Below, in pieces: positions 17,131-25,762 of a DNA stretch of 64,000 nt; within the stretch, counting starts at the first letter, position 1, and each line of letters opens with the position of its first letter. The notes beneath the pieces were generated by a model. That model searched no databases, had not been told where the DNA came from, and worked only from the letters and a program-made list of their open reading frames with translations. The DNA is from a virus (taxonomy: Duplodnaviria > Caudoviricetes). The stretch is from positions 1-64,000 of the IMG/VR virus record IMGVR_UViG_3300032280_000753, one strand, 5' to 3'. The position numbers and the translations under genes were made by a program.

Positions 17131-18297
17131 TTATGTTCTGTTCCGAACTTTAGCTTGAGCCAATCTGCCTAATTTTGCAGCATTTACCCTGCCGTATTTG
17201 GACTGTTGTTCTACATGAAGTCCTGGCTCAAGCCCTACAGAAATAAATTCTTTAATGTCCTCGGAATGTGTTAAGGAATTTGGAGCGTATCCATCCCACT
17301 TGTTCCTATGAAACACATTTAAAGAATAAATAATATTTTTTATTGCTCCAGGCAAAGTGTCCATCTTATATGCACGTGCCTTTTTTCTTAATATTGCAAG
17401 AATATCTTCTGAAAGAGACACAATCGCTGGTTCTATGTCTTTCTTTTCCGCTATACCAGGACTTTCATTTCTTTCTCGTATACCAAGAGCCGCAGCACCT
17501 TTATATATTTTAGAATTTTTATTTATTAACTGTTGTTGCAACTCACTAACCGTATTAGAGATTATGTTGCTTATATTTTTCTTTTCTTGTTCAGAGTTTT
17601 GCTGTTCTTCGTCTGTGTATATGTCAGATGTGCTATGAACAATAGCACGATCAAACTTAACTGGTCCGATAGCTATAACTTCGTTTTCATCATCATAGTT
17701 TGTTATGGACTGAACGTAAGAATTTGTTATTTTGTCTGGGTTTAAAAAGAACTTGTTAGATGGGTCTTCCGTGTTCGCAACAAGTATAATGCTTAGATAT
17801 TGAGCCCCATCTTCAGGTGGAACTGCAAACAATGATGCAGCATCAGCAGAGGCGGACCAAGAACTTAAAGGTTTGCCTTGTTTGTAAAACTTTATCTTCT
17901 GAGGCGTTAAAACGCCGCTTTTATTGATAACCTTATATTCATCAGCTTTGATGGCAAATTCTTCTAAACCTAAGAAACTCTTAAGTTGATCAACAGTTAA
18001 TCTCATGCCTCTATATACATCACCAGAAGGCGGCTGCAACTCTGGATATTTTCCAGAGTTAACAATTGGAATTAACTGAGATAGATCATTAGCAAAACTA
18101 TTCAAACTACCGGCTGTCAAATGGCTATTGAACCATTTTTCAAGTTTGTTTACAAACTTTTGTTCCTCCGGAGTGTTCTTCTCCGGAGGATTACTTATTG
18201 GGCGCTTTTTATCCGGATCATTAAAAGATTTGCCGAATATTTCTGTATCTGCTTCTAATAAATACCCTAATAGATTTTTCAAATTTTCTTTTGACAT
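17131..18297 (-). CDS. putative ADP-ribosyltransferase (R-S-ExE type, Alt-like) with N-terminal leader
   Basis: VYRGM, LSSWS and DENEVI in the canonical order; N-terminus MSKENLKNLLGYLLE. Confidence 0.65.
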   Translation of the reverse strand: MSKENLKNLLGYLLEADTEIFGKSFNDPDKKRPISNPPEKNTPEEQKFVNKLEKWFNSHLTAGSLNSFANDLSQLIPIVNSGKYPELQPPSGDVYRGMRLTVDQLKSFLGLEEFAIKADEYKVINKSGVLTPQKIKFYKQGKPLSSWSASADAASLFAVPPEDGAQYLSIILVANTEDPSNKFFLNPDKITNSYVQSITNYDDENEVIAIGPVKFDRAIVHSTSDIYTDEEQQNSEQEKKNISNIISNTVSELQQQLINKNSKIYKGAAALGIRERNESPGIAEKKDIEPAIVSLSEDILAILRKKARAYKMDTLPGAIKNIIYSLNVFHRNKWDGYAPNSLTHSEDIKEFISVGLEPGLHVEQQSKYGRVNAAKLGRLAQAKVRNRT

Positions 18298-18314
18298 ATC
18301 CTTAAATATGTCAA
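18291..18314 (-). promoter_or_regulatory. hairpin covering SD and ATG of the putative ART, with a TATTTA motif
   Basis: ttgacatat-ccttaa-atatgtcaa; minus strand reads TATTTA-aggat-ATG. Confidence 0.62.
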
Positions 18315-18326
18315 CAAACCTTCAAA

Positions 18327-18971
18327 TCAAGGTGTCTGTGTAAGGCTGGTTATACCATGATGCTTAATGCAAGCACCCCTAACTGCACTCTGCAACAAAT
18401 ATCCCTCCCAAGGATCCCTCAATGACGGCGTAAAACTGATCTGCTCTCCATTCTTCACAGATAACGACTGTAAAGCATATACCTCATTCTCAGATAGTGA
18501 AACCTTATAGTGGTTAAGCCACCAGAGACTTCTGACTGCAATCGGTATATGTCCCATTCCTTCATTAACTTCATAATGCATACCCAACTTCTCTCTATGC
18601 CAATCACTTGATTGAGGAAGATAGTAATCCTCCTTCTCATTTCCAAGCTTACCAATATCATGGAATAAACCAAGAATGATCATACTATCTGCACTAACAG
18701 TCTTCTCAATATCAAGCGATGTTCTCAATGCTTTCATAACACGAAGAACATTTAGAGAATGCCATACAAGACCACCAACAAAACAACCAACATAATCTGT
18801 TCTGGTTGATGCTGGAGCTACGGCAAAACGATCATGGAGATCATCACATAGATGAATTGCACCTTCTCTTGCTTCTGGATTTTCTATACGGTTTACAAGA
18901 ACCTTTATTGTCCCCCAGTTCTCTTGAACCTTTTGTAGAACTATCTCTTGGTTATCTATTTTCTTATTCAT
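18327..18971 (-). CDS. HD-domain protein (YhaM-like), possibly degenerate
   Basis: APAS...GGLVWHSLNV and LFHDIGK; start 18971 lies 6 nt after a -10 box (ORF track start 19010). Confidence 0.78.
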   Translation of the reverse strand: MNKKIDNQEIVLQKVQENWGTIKVLVNRIENPEAREGAIHLCDDLHDRFAVAPASTRTDYVGCFVGGLVWHSLNVLRVMKALRTSLDIEKTVSADSMIILGLFHDIGKLGNEKEDYYLPQSSDWHREKLGMHYEVNEGMGHIPIAVRSLWWLNHYKVSLSENEVYALQSLSVKNGEQISFTPSLRDPWEGYLLQSAVRGACIKHHGITSLTQTP

Positions 18972-18977
18972 ACGCCC

Positions 18978-19006
18978 ATCATAGCTTAAGTGAATATGGG
19001 AGTAAA
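18978..19006 (-). promoter_or_regulatory. sigma70-like promoter, probably leaderless transcript
   Basis: TTTACT-17nt-TATGAT-6nt-ATG. Confidence 0.55.
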
Positions 19007-19012
19007 CCAAAT

Positions 19013-19048
19013 AAAAACGCCGCTCTGAACTTAATCGGGGCGGCGTTT
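19013..19048. repeat. CGCCGC/GCGGCG hairpin repeat copy 4
   Basis: aaaaacgccgctctgaacttaatcggggcggcgttt. Confidence 0.72.
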
Positions 19049-19067
19049 CTTTTTTATATCTATTCTA

Positions 19068-19334
19068 TCACTCGCTTACTGGAATGTCAGGTAGATCATC
19101 ATATGATGAACGTTTCGTTGTGACTGCTCGGAGGCGCTTGGCTTCCTCCATAAGAGCCGCTGCTTCCGCAGACGCAGACTTACCGCCCTTTCCCTTCTTC
19201 TCGCCTTCTGAGGGCGCAGAGGAGGCTGGGAGAGCCTTTGCCTTGGCTTCTAAAGCGTCGGCTTGAGCACAACGATGGCAGAACTTGCCGAAACCACGAT
19301 GATTGCACGAAAAACGATTTTTTGTTGCTGGCAT
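19068..19334 (-). CDS. small hypothetical protein with CxH...CxxC Zn-binding motif
   Basis: CNHRGFGKFCHRC; ATG 19334 abuts the upstream stop. Confidence 0.55.
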   Translation of the reverse strand: MPATKNRFSCNHRGFGKFCHRCAQADALEAKAKALPASSAPSEGEKKGKGGKSASAEAAALMEEAKRLRAVTTKRSSYDDLPDIPVSE

Positions 19335-19335
19335 A

Positions 19336-19806
19336 TCAATTATCTTTCTTTGGACGACCACGCTTAACTACAGCTTCATTTGATGAAACAGTAGCAGTTG
19401 GTGGAGAACTCTTTGAAGACTTAAGAACAACCTTAGTTGTCTTCAAAACTCGGTTTGTAAGAGTAGGGGCTGGAGATGGCTCCGCTGCAATAATAGATTT
19501 CTTACTAACAACTACCGGAGCAGCTTTTTCTTCGTCCGTCTTCTGATCTTCAACAGCTTGAACAAGATTTGCTCTGATTAAATTGGTAATGTGCTCGGCT
19601 CCCTTAAGAGATGCAACACCAAATAGTAAAAATACTAAAGTTGCAACAGATTGTAATACAAGATTTATTACATAACTAACAGGGATTAATAAGGTTAAAC
19701 CAAATAAACCGGCAGTTAAAAATAACATCACTAACAATATATCAACAACTACGCTAATGCGATTAAACAATTCTAAAGTGCTCCTGGCATCGCTGTCCAT
19801 TTTCAA
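19336..19806 (-). CDS. two-TM membrane protein with basic C-terminal tail
   Basis: Two hydrophobic segments, then a Lys/Ser-rich tail ending KRGRPKK (AT-hook-like). Confidence 0.7.
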   Translation of the reverse strand: MKMDSDARSTLELFNRISVVVDILLVMLFLTAGLFGLTLLIPVSYVINLVLQSVATLVFLLFGVASLKGAEHITNLIRANLVQAVEDQKTDEEKAAPVVVSKKSIIAAEPSPAPTLTNRVLKTTKVVLKSSKSSPPTATVSSNEAVVKRGRPKKDN

Positions 19807-19836
19807 TTTTCCTTTTCTTTCTTTTTTGTTTCGTCT

Positions 19837-20079
19837 TCAATCTTTATGTGTTCCATTGATTTGAGCAAGAGCTGCACGAATTTTAGATTTTCTCTGCTCT
19901 TTCTCATTCTTTGGAGCTGCATCTGCAATCTTTGGTTTTGGGTCAACAACTTTTTCTCTATTGTGGTATCGATCATCTTTATCATAACATTCTCTATTGC
20001 ACCAGAAAAAATATTCTTCAGTAGTTTCTTCTGGATCTAACTTCTTGGAACAAGTCCAGCACGTAAATATGCAAATCAT
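19837..20079 (-). CDS. small Zn-finger protein
   Basis: CWTC...FWCNREC (TRASH/FCS-like spacing). Confidence 0.55.
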   Translation of the reverse strand: MICIFTCWTCSKKLDPEETTEEYFFWCNRECYDKDDRYHNREKVVDPKPKIADAAPKNEKEQRKSKIRAALAQINGTHKD

Positions 20080-20089
20080 ATCTTATATT

Positions 20090-21355
20090 CTACTCCGACC
20101 TTAACCAAAAATCTATATTCTTAAAACCTTTAATACCAGTAGAACCCAATTTCTCTATCTTTGGAATAATATGATAGGCATCCTCATGTATATCCAAAAA
20201 CAAAGCATCATGCAAGATGAAGATCGGTTTTATCTTATCTGTAAGATGATTATCTTTCAACCGAGTTACGATATTTAAAAAACCTAACATCGCTACATCT
20301 ACCGCTGTAGATTGCACATAATAATTTAAAAGCGCATAAGGCTTCGTGTCCTCACAAAAGATAGGACGACCATAGTAGTTTAAGATATATCGTCCACCAG
20401 TTTTTAATAAATCTCCAGCTAACTTCTCCTTGAGCTTGTCTATCCCAAAGTAATCATTCACAACGTTAAGAAAATCTTCGGCGCTACCAATATAATTTGA
20501 TAATGTCTTGATCGTGTTCTCTTCCTTCTGCCCATATAACGCTGAAAGAATTGCCGTCTTTGCAACGGTTCTTGGTATCTTTTCAGAGAGATTTAGGTCC
20601 GCAAGCATTTTAGAATATATGTCTTGTGGAAGGCTACCAATTAGAGAAGGATTAGATACACACAATAGGATCCGTGGCTCCAAAGAAGAATAATCAAGAT
20701 ATGCAATCTTCCCCTTATCTCCATGTGTAGAAATAATCATATTACGATAATCCTTCTTGAGATGAAGAATATTGGGACCATCAATGACTTTTAATCTACC
20801 AGTTTTGGTTTCAGTTCCAGAATAAATTACTCTATCCGCATAACCATCCGAATTTGGTTTAAACGTTTCTATTATCTCCATTTGAGATGCAGTAGCTTCA
20901 CTCTTATATTTTTTATAAAGCTCAACATCAATACGGCAGTTATCCAATTCCTCAAATAGATTATTCATCAATCTGTTGTAGATATCATGCCAATATGATA
21001 TATCAAATTCAGATACAGAGTATTGAATGTTATTAGCAAGTGATTGAAGTTCAGAGACATATCTTTTAAAGCCCATGACTTTCCACCATTGGATATCGTC
21101 ACGATTTGTATCTGGGGCTATTTGAGATACTACCTTTTTATAGCTTTTAGGCGGCCATATAGGCATATTCATACCATATAGACGACAAAACTCTTCAATC
21201 TGATATTGCAAATCAAAATTGATTACATTTTCTATAACATTTTTACCACTTGAATATGGTTTTTGACTAATATGAACGCCGGACCCAATATTACTAACAA
21301 AGTAATCAGAATGGTTCCCTCCATATGCATCTGGACTTAATCTATATTTTAGCAT
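20090..21355 (-). CDS. short family A DNA polymerase (polymerase domain only)
   Basis: TKTGRL, motif A LDYSSLEPR, motif B RTVAKTAILSALYG, NYYVQSTAVD, motif C LHDALFLD; start 21355 follows TTTATA-17-TACTCT (ORF track start 21403). Confidence 0.85.
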   Translation of the reverse strand: MLKYRLSPDAYGGNHSDYFVSNIGSGVHISQKPYSSGKNVIENVINFDLQYQIEEFCRLYGMNMPIWPPKSYKKVVSQIAPDTNRDDIQWWKVMGFKRYVSELQSLANNIQYSVSEFDISYWHDIYNRLMNNLFEELDNCRIDVELYKKYKSEATASQMEIIETFKPNSDGYADRVIYSGTETKTGRLKVIDGPNILHLKKDYRNMIISTHGDKGKIAYLDYSSLEPRILLCVSNPSLIGSLPQDIYSKMLADLNLSEKIPRTVAKTAILSALYGQKEENTIKTLSNYIGSAEDFLNVVNDYFGIDKLKEKLAGDLLKTGGRYILNYYGRPIFCEDTKPYALLNYYVQSTAVDVAMLGFLNIVTRLKDNHLTDKIKPIFILHDALFLDIHEDAYHIIPKIEKLGSTGIKGFKNIDFWLRSE

Positions 21356-21399
21356 ATTAACAGAGTAGCACTCTATAATAAATGTATAAAACAATATTA

Positions 21400-23322
21400 T
21401 CAAGATCTACGAGGTCGAGGTGTTCCTGCCGCTACTGTTGGTTGTGATGATGCAGAACTCCGTCCTGCTGCTGCCAACGAATGAGCTACTCTCGAATCAA
21501 TTGTTCTTCCGCTTGCAGGATCAAATACCATAGTCGGTGCCGCTGGTATTGGTTGTTGTAACATAGAAGGACCAGTTGCAGCAGCCATTTCTTGTATTTG
21601 AGCATCTGTTAATTCAGTTGATACTGGAGGAGTTGCAATTTGTCCAGTTGCCTGCCTCTGAATATCAGTAGCTTGTCTTTCTAAATTTGCTCTTCCCTCT
21701 ACTACTTGTCGCCCAGTCGAAGCCGCCGTTGAACGTGCTCGTTCTTCAGCAACTCTTATAGCTTCTCTTGCTCTTACTAAATTTTGTTCATAAAGCATAC
21801 GCAATTGAGTATTGTTTAATATATCAGCTTCTGTTAATGGTCTTCCAATTGGTGCCTGCACCGACATACTGGTATTTAAAAATGCTCTTTCTCTGGCTCG
21901 ACTTTCAAGTTGCTCTGTTGAACGACGAGGACGCCTTGGACGACGCCGCCGAGTTTCCGGGGGGGTATCGGTGGTTGTAGCTGCATTATCTTTCATTGTT
22001 CTAAGAATATCATCACAAGCTTCTACAGCATTATTAAGTTCCGTTATATAGTTTCTATATTGCCCATAACCATCCAATGGACTGAACTTGATGTTTGTTG
22101 TGAATTCTCCAGGAGAAATTCTATGCTCAATTGAGTTTGCACAATATATATTATCGGCAGTAGTCCCAGTATTGAAATCAATAAAATATTGGCTGCTGAA
22201 TTCAAATAGAGGACAACCAAATGTTTCCATGGCAACTTCTGTTGGTAGAATTTGCATTGGTAAACCACCAATATCTTCACCATTTGGTTCAATAAGAGCG
22301 CCACCACGAGGCGCTCTTAACATATTCATAGTGTTTGCGGCTGAATCTGTCATTGAAGAAAGATTAGCTTGTTTTACAAGTGAATTTTTTGAACCATGAA
22401 TAATATAAGGAACTGTTTGATACATGAATTGTTTTATAGCATTGCTGCCGCCAACAACTTCATAGTTACCTTGTTCTGTTCTTGTTACTAAACCGGTTTC
22501 ATTAGCTCTTTGCAATATTTGTTGATAATATCTCTGTGAAGCTTCGGCAGTTAGTGAATCTAAACCGCTACCTGCTCTATTTGGATTTGGTCCTACTGTT
22601 AAAGCTCCATTTCTTTGAGCACGTAAGATAGAACCTAATCCGTCATAACTGCTGGCTTGTTGATCATATATATGAACTCTTAATATTGTTTTTTCAACAG
22701 CACTATCAGAAGTAGAACTTTCAGATGCAACCCGCCCAGGTAAACATTCTAAAGTGAAATTTAATTGGGGCAGTCTAAATGAACCGTCTGGAGTTATAGT
22801 GCTAAGTAATTGATTCAACCGGTTAATAGTTGTAGCTTGATCAGAATCTACTGGACGAGTAACCGTAGTTGTTTGTCTATTCTCACCTCGTTCACTTACT
22901 CTTCTATATATCGCACCTCTACCCGGTTCGCTTAGTCCATAAGACCTCGCAGAATAATCTTCAATTATATTCGAATTTAGAAAAGACCAAAACTCACGTA
23001 TTGTCAAATTTCCAGAACGTGATAAGTTTTGCAAACGATATTCCGTATATTTTTCAGTAAAAAAATCTAAATCGATTTCAAAATTGGCAATGTTTATTCT
23101 GGATGCAAAACCCGCATAGGCGTTAAATGGATAAAATATCAATTGAACGTCATCATATAAACCGGTAGCTGCCAATGGTTCCCCCATGAAATTAATCAGC
23201 ATATTGGCAAGACTTACTCTTCCTGTAACAAGAGGTGCTGACGCCCTACCGGTTCCGGAATGAGGTGCTGAACCAGATGTTGCTGTAGTTGCAGAAGTTC
23301 TTGGTGTCTCTGGACCTGGCAT
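21400..23322 (-). CDS. baseplate hub-like protein, C-terminal part (gp27/VgrG-like), with low-complexity tail
   Basis: METFGCPLF...DNIY...IEHRISPGEFTTNIKF resembles hub C-termini; baseplate cluster context; own TAGTTA motif upstream. Confidence 0.55.
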   Translation of the reverse strand: MPGPETPRTSATTATSGSAPHSGTGRASAPLVTGRVSLANMLINFMGEPLAATGLYDDVQLIFYPFNAYAGFASRINIANFEIDLDFFTEKYTEYRLQNLSRSGNLTIREFWSFLNSNIIEDYSARSYGLSEPGRGAIYRRVSERGENRQTTTVTRPVDSDQATTINRLNQLLSTITPDGSFRLPQLNFTLECLPGRVASESSTSDSAVEKTILRVHIYDQQASSYDGLGSILRAQRNGALTVGPNPNRAGSGLDSLTAEASQRYYQQILQRANETGLVTRTEQGNYEVVGGSNAIKQFMYQTVPYIIHGSKNSLVKQANLSSMTDSAANTMNMLRAPRGGALIEPNGEDIGGLPMQILPTEVAMETFGCPLFEFSSQYFIDFNTGTTADNIYCANSIEHRISPGEFTTNIKFSPLDGYGQYRNYITELNNAVEACDDILRTMKDNAATTTDTPPETRRRRPRRPRRSTEQLESRARERAFLNTSMSVQAPIGRPLTEADILNNTQLRMLYEQNLVRAREAIRVAEERARSTAASTGRQVVEGRANLERQATDIQRQATGQIATPPVSTELTDAQIQEMAAATGPSMLQQPIPAAPTMVFDPASGRTIDSRVAHSLAAAGRSSASSQPTVAAGTPRPRRS

Positions 23323-23392
23323 TATATGTATTCTCTCTTTTGATAACTATTGTGCTTTATAAACGACTATATAAATTAACGATCAAATTCCT

Positions 23393-25459
23393 TTAACGAA
23401 CGCCGCTTTGGAAATTTCTCACCGTATCGTTTAAAGCCGTTTCCGACCGAACTCGTTCTGCCGCTGCACGCATTGCCTCCTCACGTCTCGCATCTGCTTG
23501 AGCCTCTTCCAGTAGCGCCTGCGCTCGAGCCTGATTTCTCTGGTCTATTTCCGCCACCCTTGCCGCCTCCGCTGCGACCACCGCCTCTGCCGCTGCCGCT
23601 TCCGTCGCCGCCGCCGCCGCCCGAGCTGCCATTCTTCTTGCTGCAATTCTTGTTGCGGCTGCTTGTATAGCCTCTACATCATTAGATGATAACAAAAATG
23701 GATCATCATTATTTTTTTTAAGAGAATTCATTTTATCTCTTATTTGATTTTGGATTTGCGAACGTAAACGTTCCGTAGCAGATCCGGTTCCGCCAGTTCT
23801 ATTAGGTCCATCGTGACCTTGTTGGTCATTATATAACATCGTTAACAAAGTATGTATGCTTCTGACTTCACTTTCATTAGGCATATGTTGCAAGCTTGCA
23901 AGCAATGTTCTCATTTCTTGTTGTTGTTCACGAGTTAATGTTAGATTAGAATATGCATCTTGAGCTACATTTAAAAATTGAATGCCACGAATTTCTCTTG
24001 ATGAAGAAGTTGATTGTTGCTGTTGATTGGATTGCTGCTGTCCTGTTGCGGTTGTTGTAGTTGCGGGAGGATTCAAAAGTCTACTATTATTTCTTAATCG
24101 TGCGATTTCTTCAGTAATTGAATTAATAATTCTGATTGAGTCTGTAACGTTAACGCCGTCACCAACCGAAGGTTCGGTAGTTAAACTGGTTTCGCCAAGA
24201 GTAGACAAATCTAAACTAACTTCTACCTGACCATTATCATCGAAAGTAAAAGAAGAATTGGCAACTTGAAATTTGCACCTTTTTCTCATGCCATTGATAA
24301 TATCCGCATATATGTTTTTTGGATTAGATGCTTGTTCAGCTTCCATATGGCACCAGCCAAATTCAATCAATATTTCAGTCCCACCACGTAAATCTGATCT
24401 AACAAATTCTGCTATTTGACTTAATCGAGATCGATCATGCAATGTTAAACTAAGCTTACCAGTTTTAAATCCATAAGCTTGAAATGCTTGAGCTTCATTG
24501 AAGGAGAATTCTTTAAGACTTAAAAATGGTCTAAATTTATCAATAGCTGGATTAGCACTAATTTGAGTATCGTTAATGTTGTCCGCATTTACGAGTGTTT
24601 GTGGCATCAAAAAAGCTTCCATACCTATGGTAGTATAACTTGTTGGAGCATCTGGATTAGAACCGGCAAGACGATTTTCTTGATTTGCTAAACTAAGATT
24701 TTCTAATATACTTCCATTATCAACAGTAGCGCCACCAAAAAGAAATTTATAAATTGATGGAGAATTTAATCGACTGTTATTAATAGCTCGAGAAGGAAAT
24801 AATATATTAACTTCCAGATATGGCATTGCTTTTGACATTTCGATAGCCGGAATGGAATTTAAAAACAAGCTACAAGCGTTTGTAAATCTGTTTGCTACAG
24901 AAACTTGATTTGTATTTGATACTATGACAGATAAACCAGGATGCGTTTTACTGGGATCATTTGGATTTGAATTAATAATATTATTATTTCGTAACATTTG
25001 AGTTGCAACACTTTCTCCACTTCTGGCGATTCCAGTAGTTTTAAGTTTAGCCATAGTCTCCGGAAATGGCATATCATGTGCATATTGAGCATCGCTAACA
25101 ATGTGAAAAAGTCTTTTATATTTTTCCTTTAAAGCATTTGTTTCTGCATTTTGTTCTTGAGTTGCAATGCCAAAACGTTGTGCAAATATGTTTAAGAGCT
25201 GCGCTGTTGTATATGCACCTTCACTCACATCAAGAAAATTATTTATTAATTCTCCAAGGACAACATCATTACGATCTAAATCTGCATCGGAAGGTCTTGT
25301 TCCTGCTGTCCCAGCCGCAACAGGAGTTCCAGTAGGTTGTGTAGAGGTAGGAGCACCACCAGCGGCTATATATTGTGAAAGATCAGAAGTAGTAAGCAAA
25401 TCATAATATTTGCTCAATTTATTAACTGCAACTTTGAGTTTTATTTCTCTATTTGGCAT
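23393..25459 (-). CDS. baseplate hub-like protein, N-terminal part
   Basis: GKLSLTLHD...ILIEFGW...FQVANSSFTFDDNGQVEVSLDL; follows the LysM/tail X gene. Confidence 0.55.
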   Translation of the reverse strand: MPNREIKLKVAVNKLSKYYDLLTTSDLSQYIAAGGAPTSTQPTGTPVAAGTAGTRPSDADLDRNDVVLGELINNFLDVSEGAYTTAQLLNIFAQRFGIATQEQNAETNALKEKYKRLFHIVSDAQYAHDMPFPETMAKLKTTGIARSGESVATQMLRNNNIINSNPNDPSKTHPGLSVIVSNTNQVSVANRFTNACSLFLNSIPAIEMSKAMPYLEVNILFPSRAINNSRLNSPSIYKFLFGGATVDNGSILENLSLANQENRLAGSNPDAPTSYTTIGMEAFLMPQTLVNADNINDTQISANPAIDKFRPFLSLKEFSFNEAQAFQAYGFKTGKLSLTLHDRSRLSQIAEFVRSDLRGGTEILIEFGWCHMEAEQASNPKNIYADIINGMRKRCKFQVANSSFTFDDNGQVEVSLDLSTLGETSLTTEPSVGDGVNVTDSIRIINSITEEIARLRNNSRLLNPPATTTTATGQQQSNQQQQSTSSSREIRGIQFLNVAQDAYSNLTLTREQQQEMRTLLASLQHMPNESEVRSIHTLLTMLYNDQQGHDGPNRTGGTGSATERLRSQIQNQIRDKMNSLKKNNDDPFLLSSNDVEAIQAAATRIAARRMAARAAAAATEAAAAEAVVAAEAARVAEIDQRNQARAQALLEEAQADARREEAMRAAAERVRSETALNDTVRNFQSGVR

Positions 25460-25465
25460 ATGTGA

Positions 25466-25759
25466 TTACTCTATGTATTGAGCGGCTTCTTCTAATTTTG
25501 GAATTAATAATATTGTATTAGATGGGACTTGCATACCCCAACCGATATCGCTTGCAGTAGCAATTAGCCACCATAATTTACTATCGTTATAAAACTTTCC
25601 TGCTAAGATATCTAATCTTTCATTTTCTTTAGTAACGTATGTTGTATATGATATAGAGCCGTTAGCAATATTATTCCTGATAATAGGAATTAAATTTGAG
25701 GTTCCAAACTTTCTTCCAGATATTAATATTGGTGCTCTCGTATATCTTCTTAATGTCAT
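25466..25759 (-). CDS. LysM-like baseplate/tail X protein (gp53-like)
   Basis: ENERLDILAGKFYNDSKLWWLIA...LLIP. Confidence 0.8.
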   Translation of the reverse strand: MTLRRYTRAPILISGRKFGTSNLIPIIRNNIANGSISYTTYVTKENERLDILAGKFYNDSKLWWLIATASDIGWGMQVPSNTILLIPKLEEAAQYIE

Positions 25760-25762
25760 TTA

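Noticed and set aside
13972-19048. Hairpin repeats as a CRISPR array or integron attC sites
   Set aside because: Spaced 1-2 kb apart, imperfect, with no cas or integrase gene in the window; kept only as a repeat family
19803-19985. 60 aa ORF overlapping 19837..20079 in another frame
   Set aside because: Mostly nested within the Zn-finger ORF; I cannot tell which frame is used at the 3' end and see no slippery site
23323-23395. Stop-codon recoding or an intron joining the two hub ORFs
   Set aside because: The gap is only 70 bp and out of frame, with its own promoter-like and SD-like signals; elsewhere TAA, TGA and TAG all end genes normally
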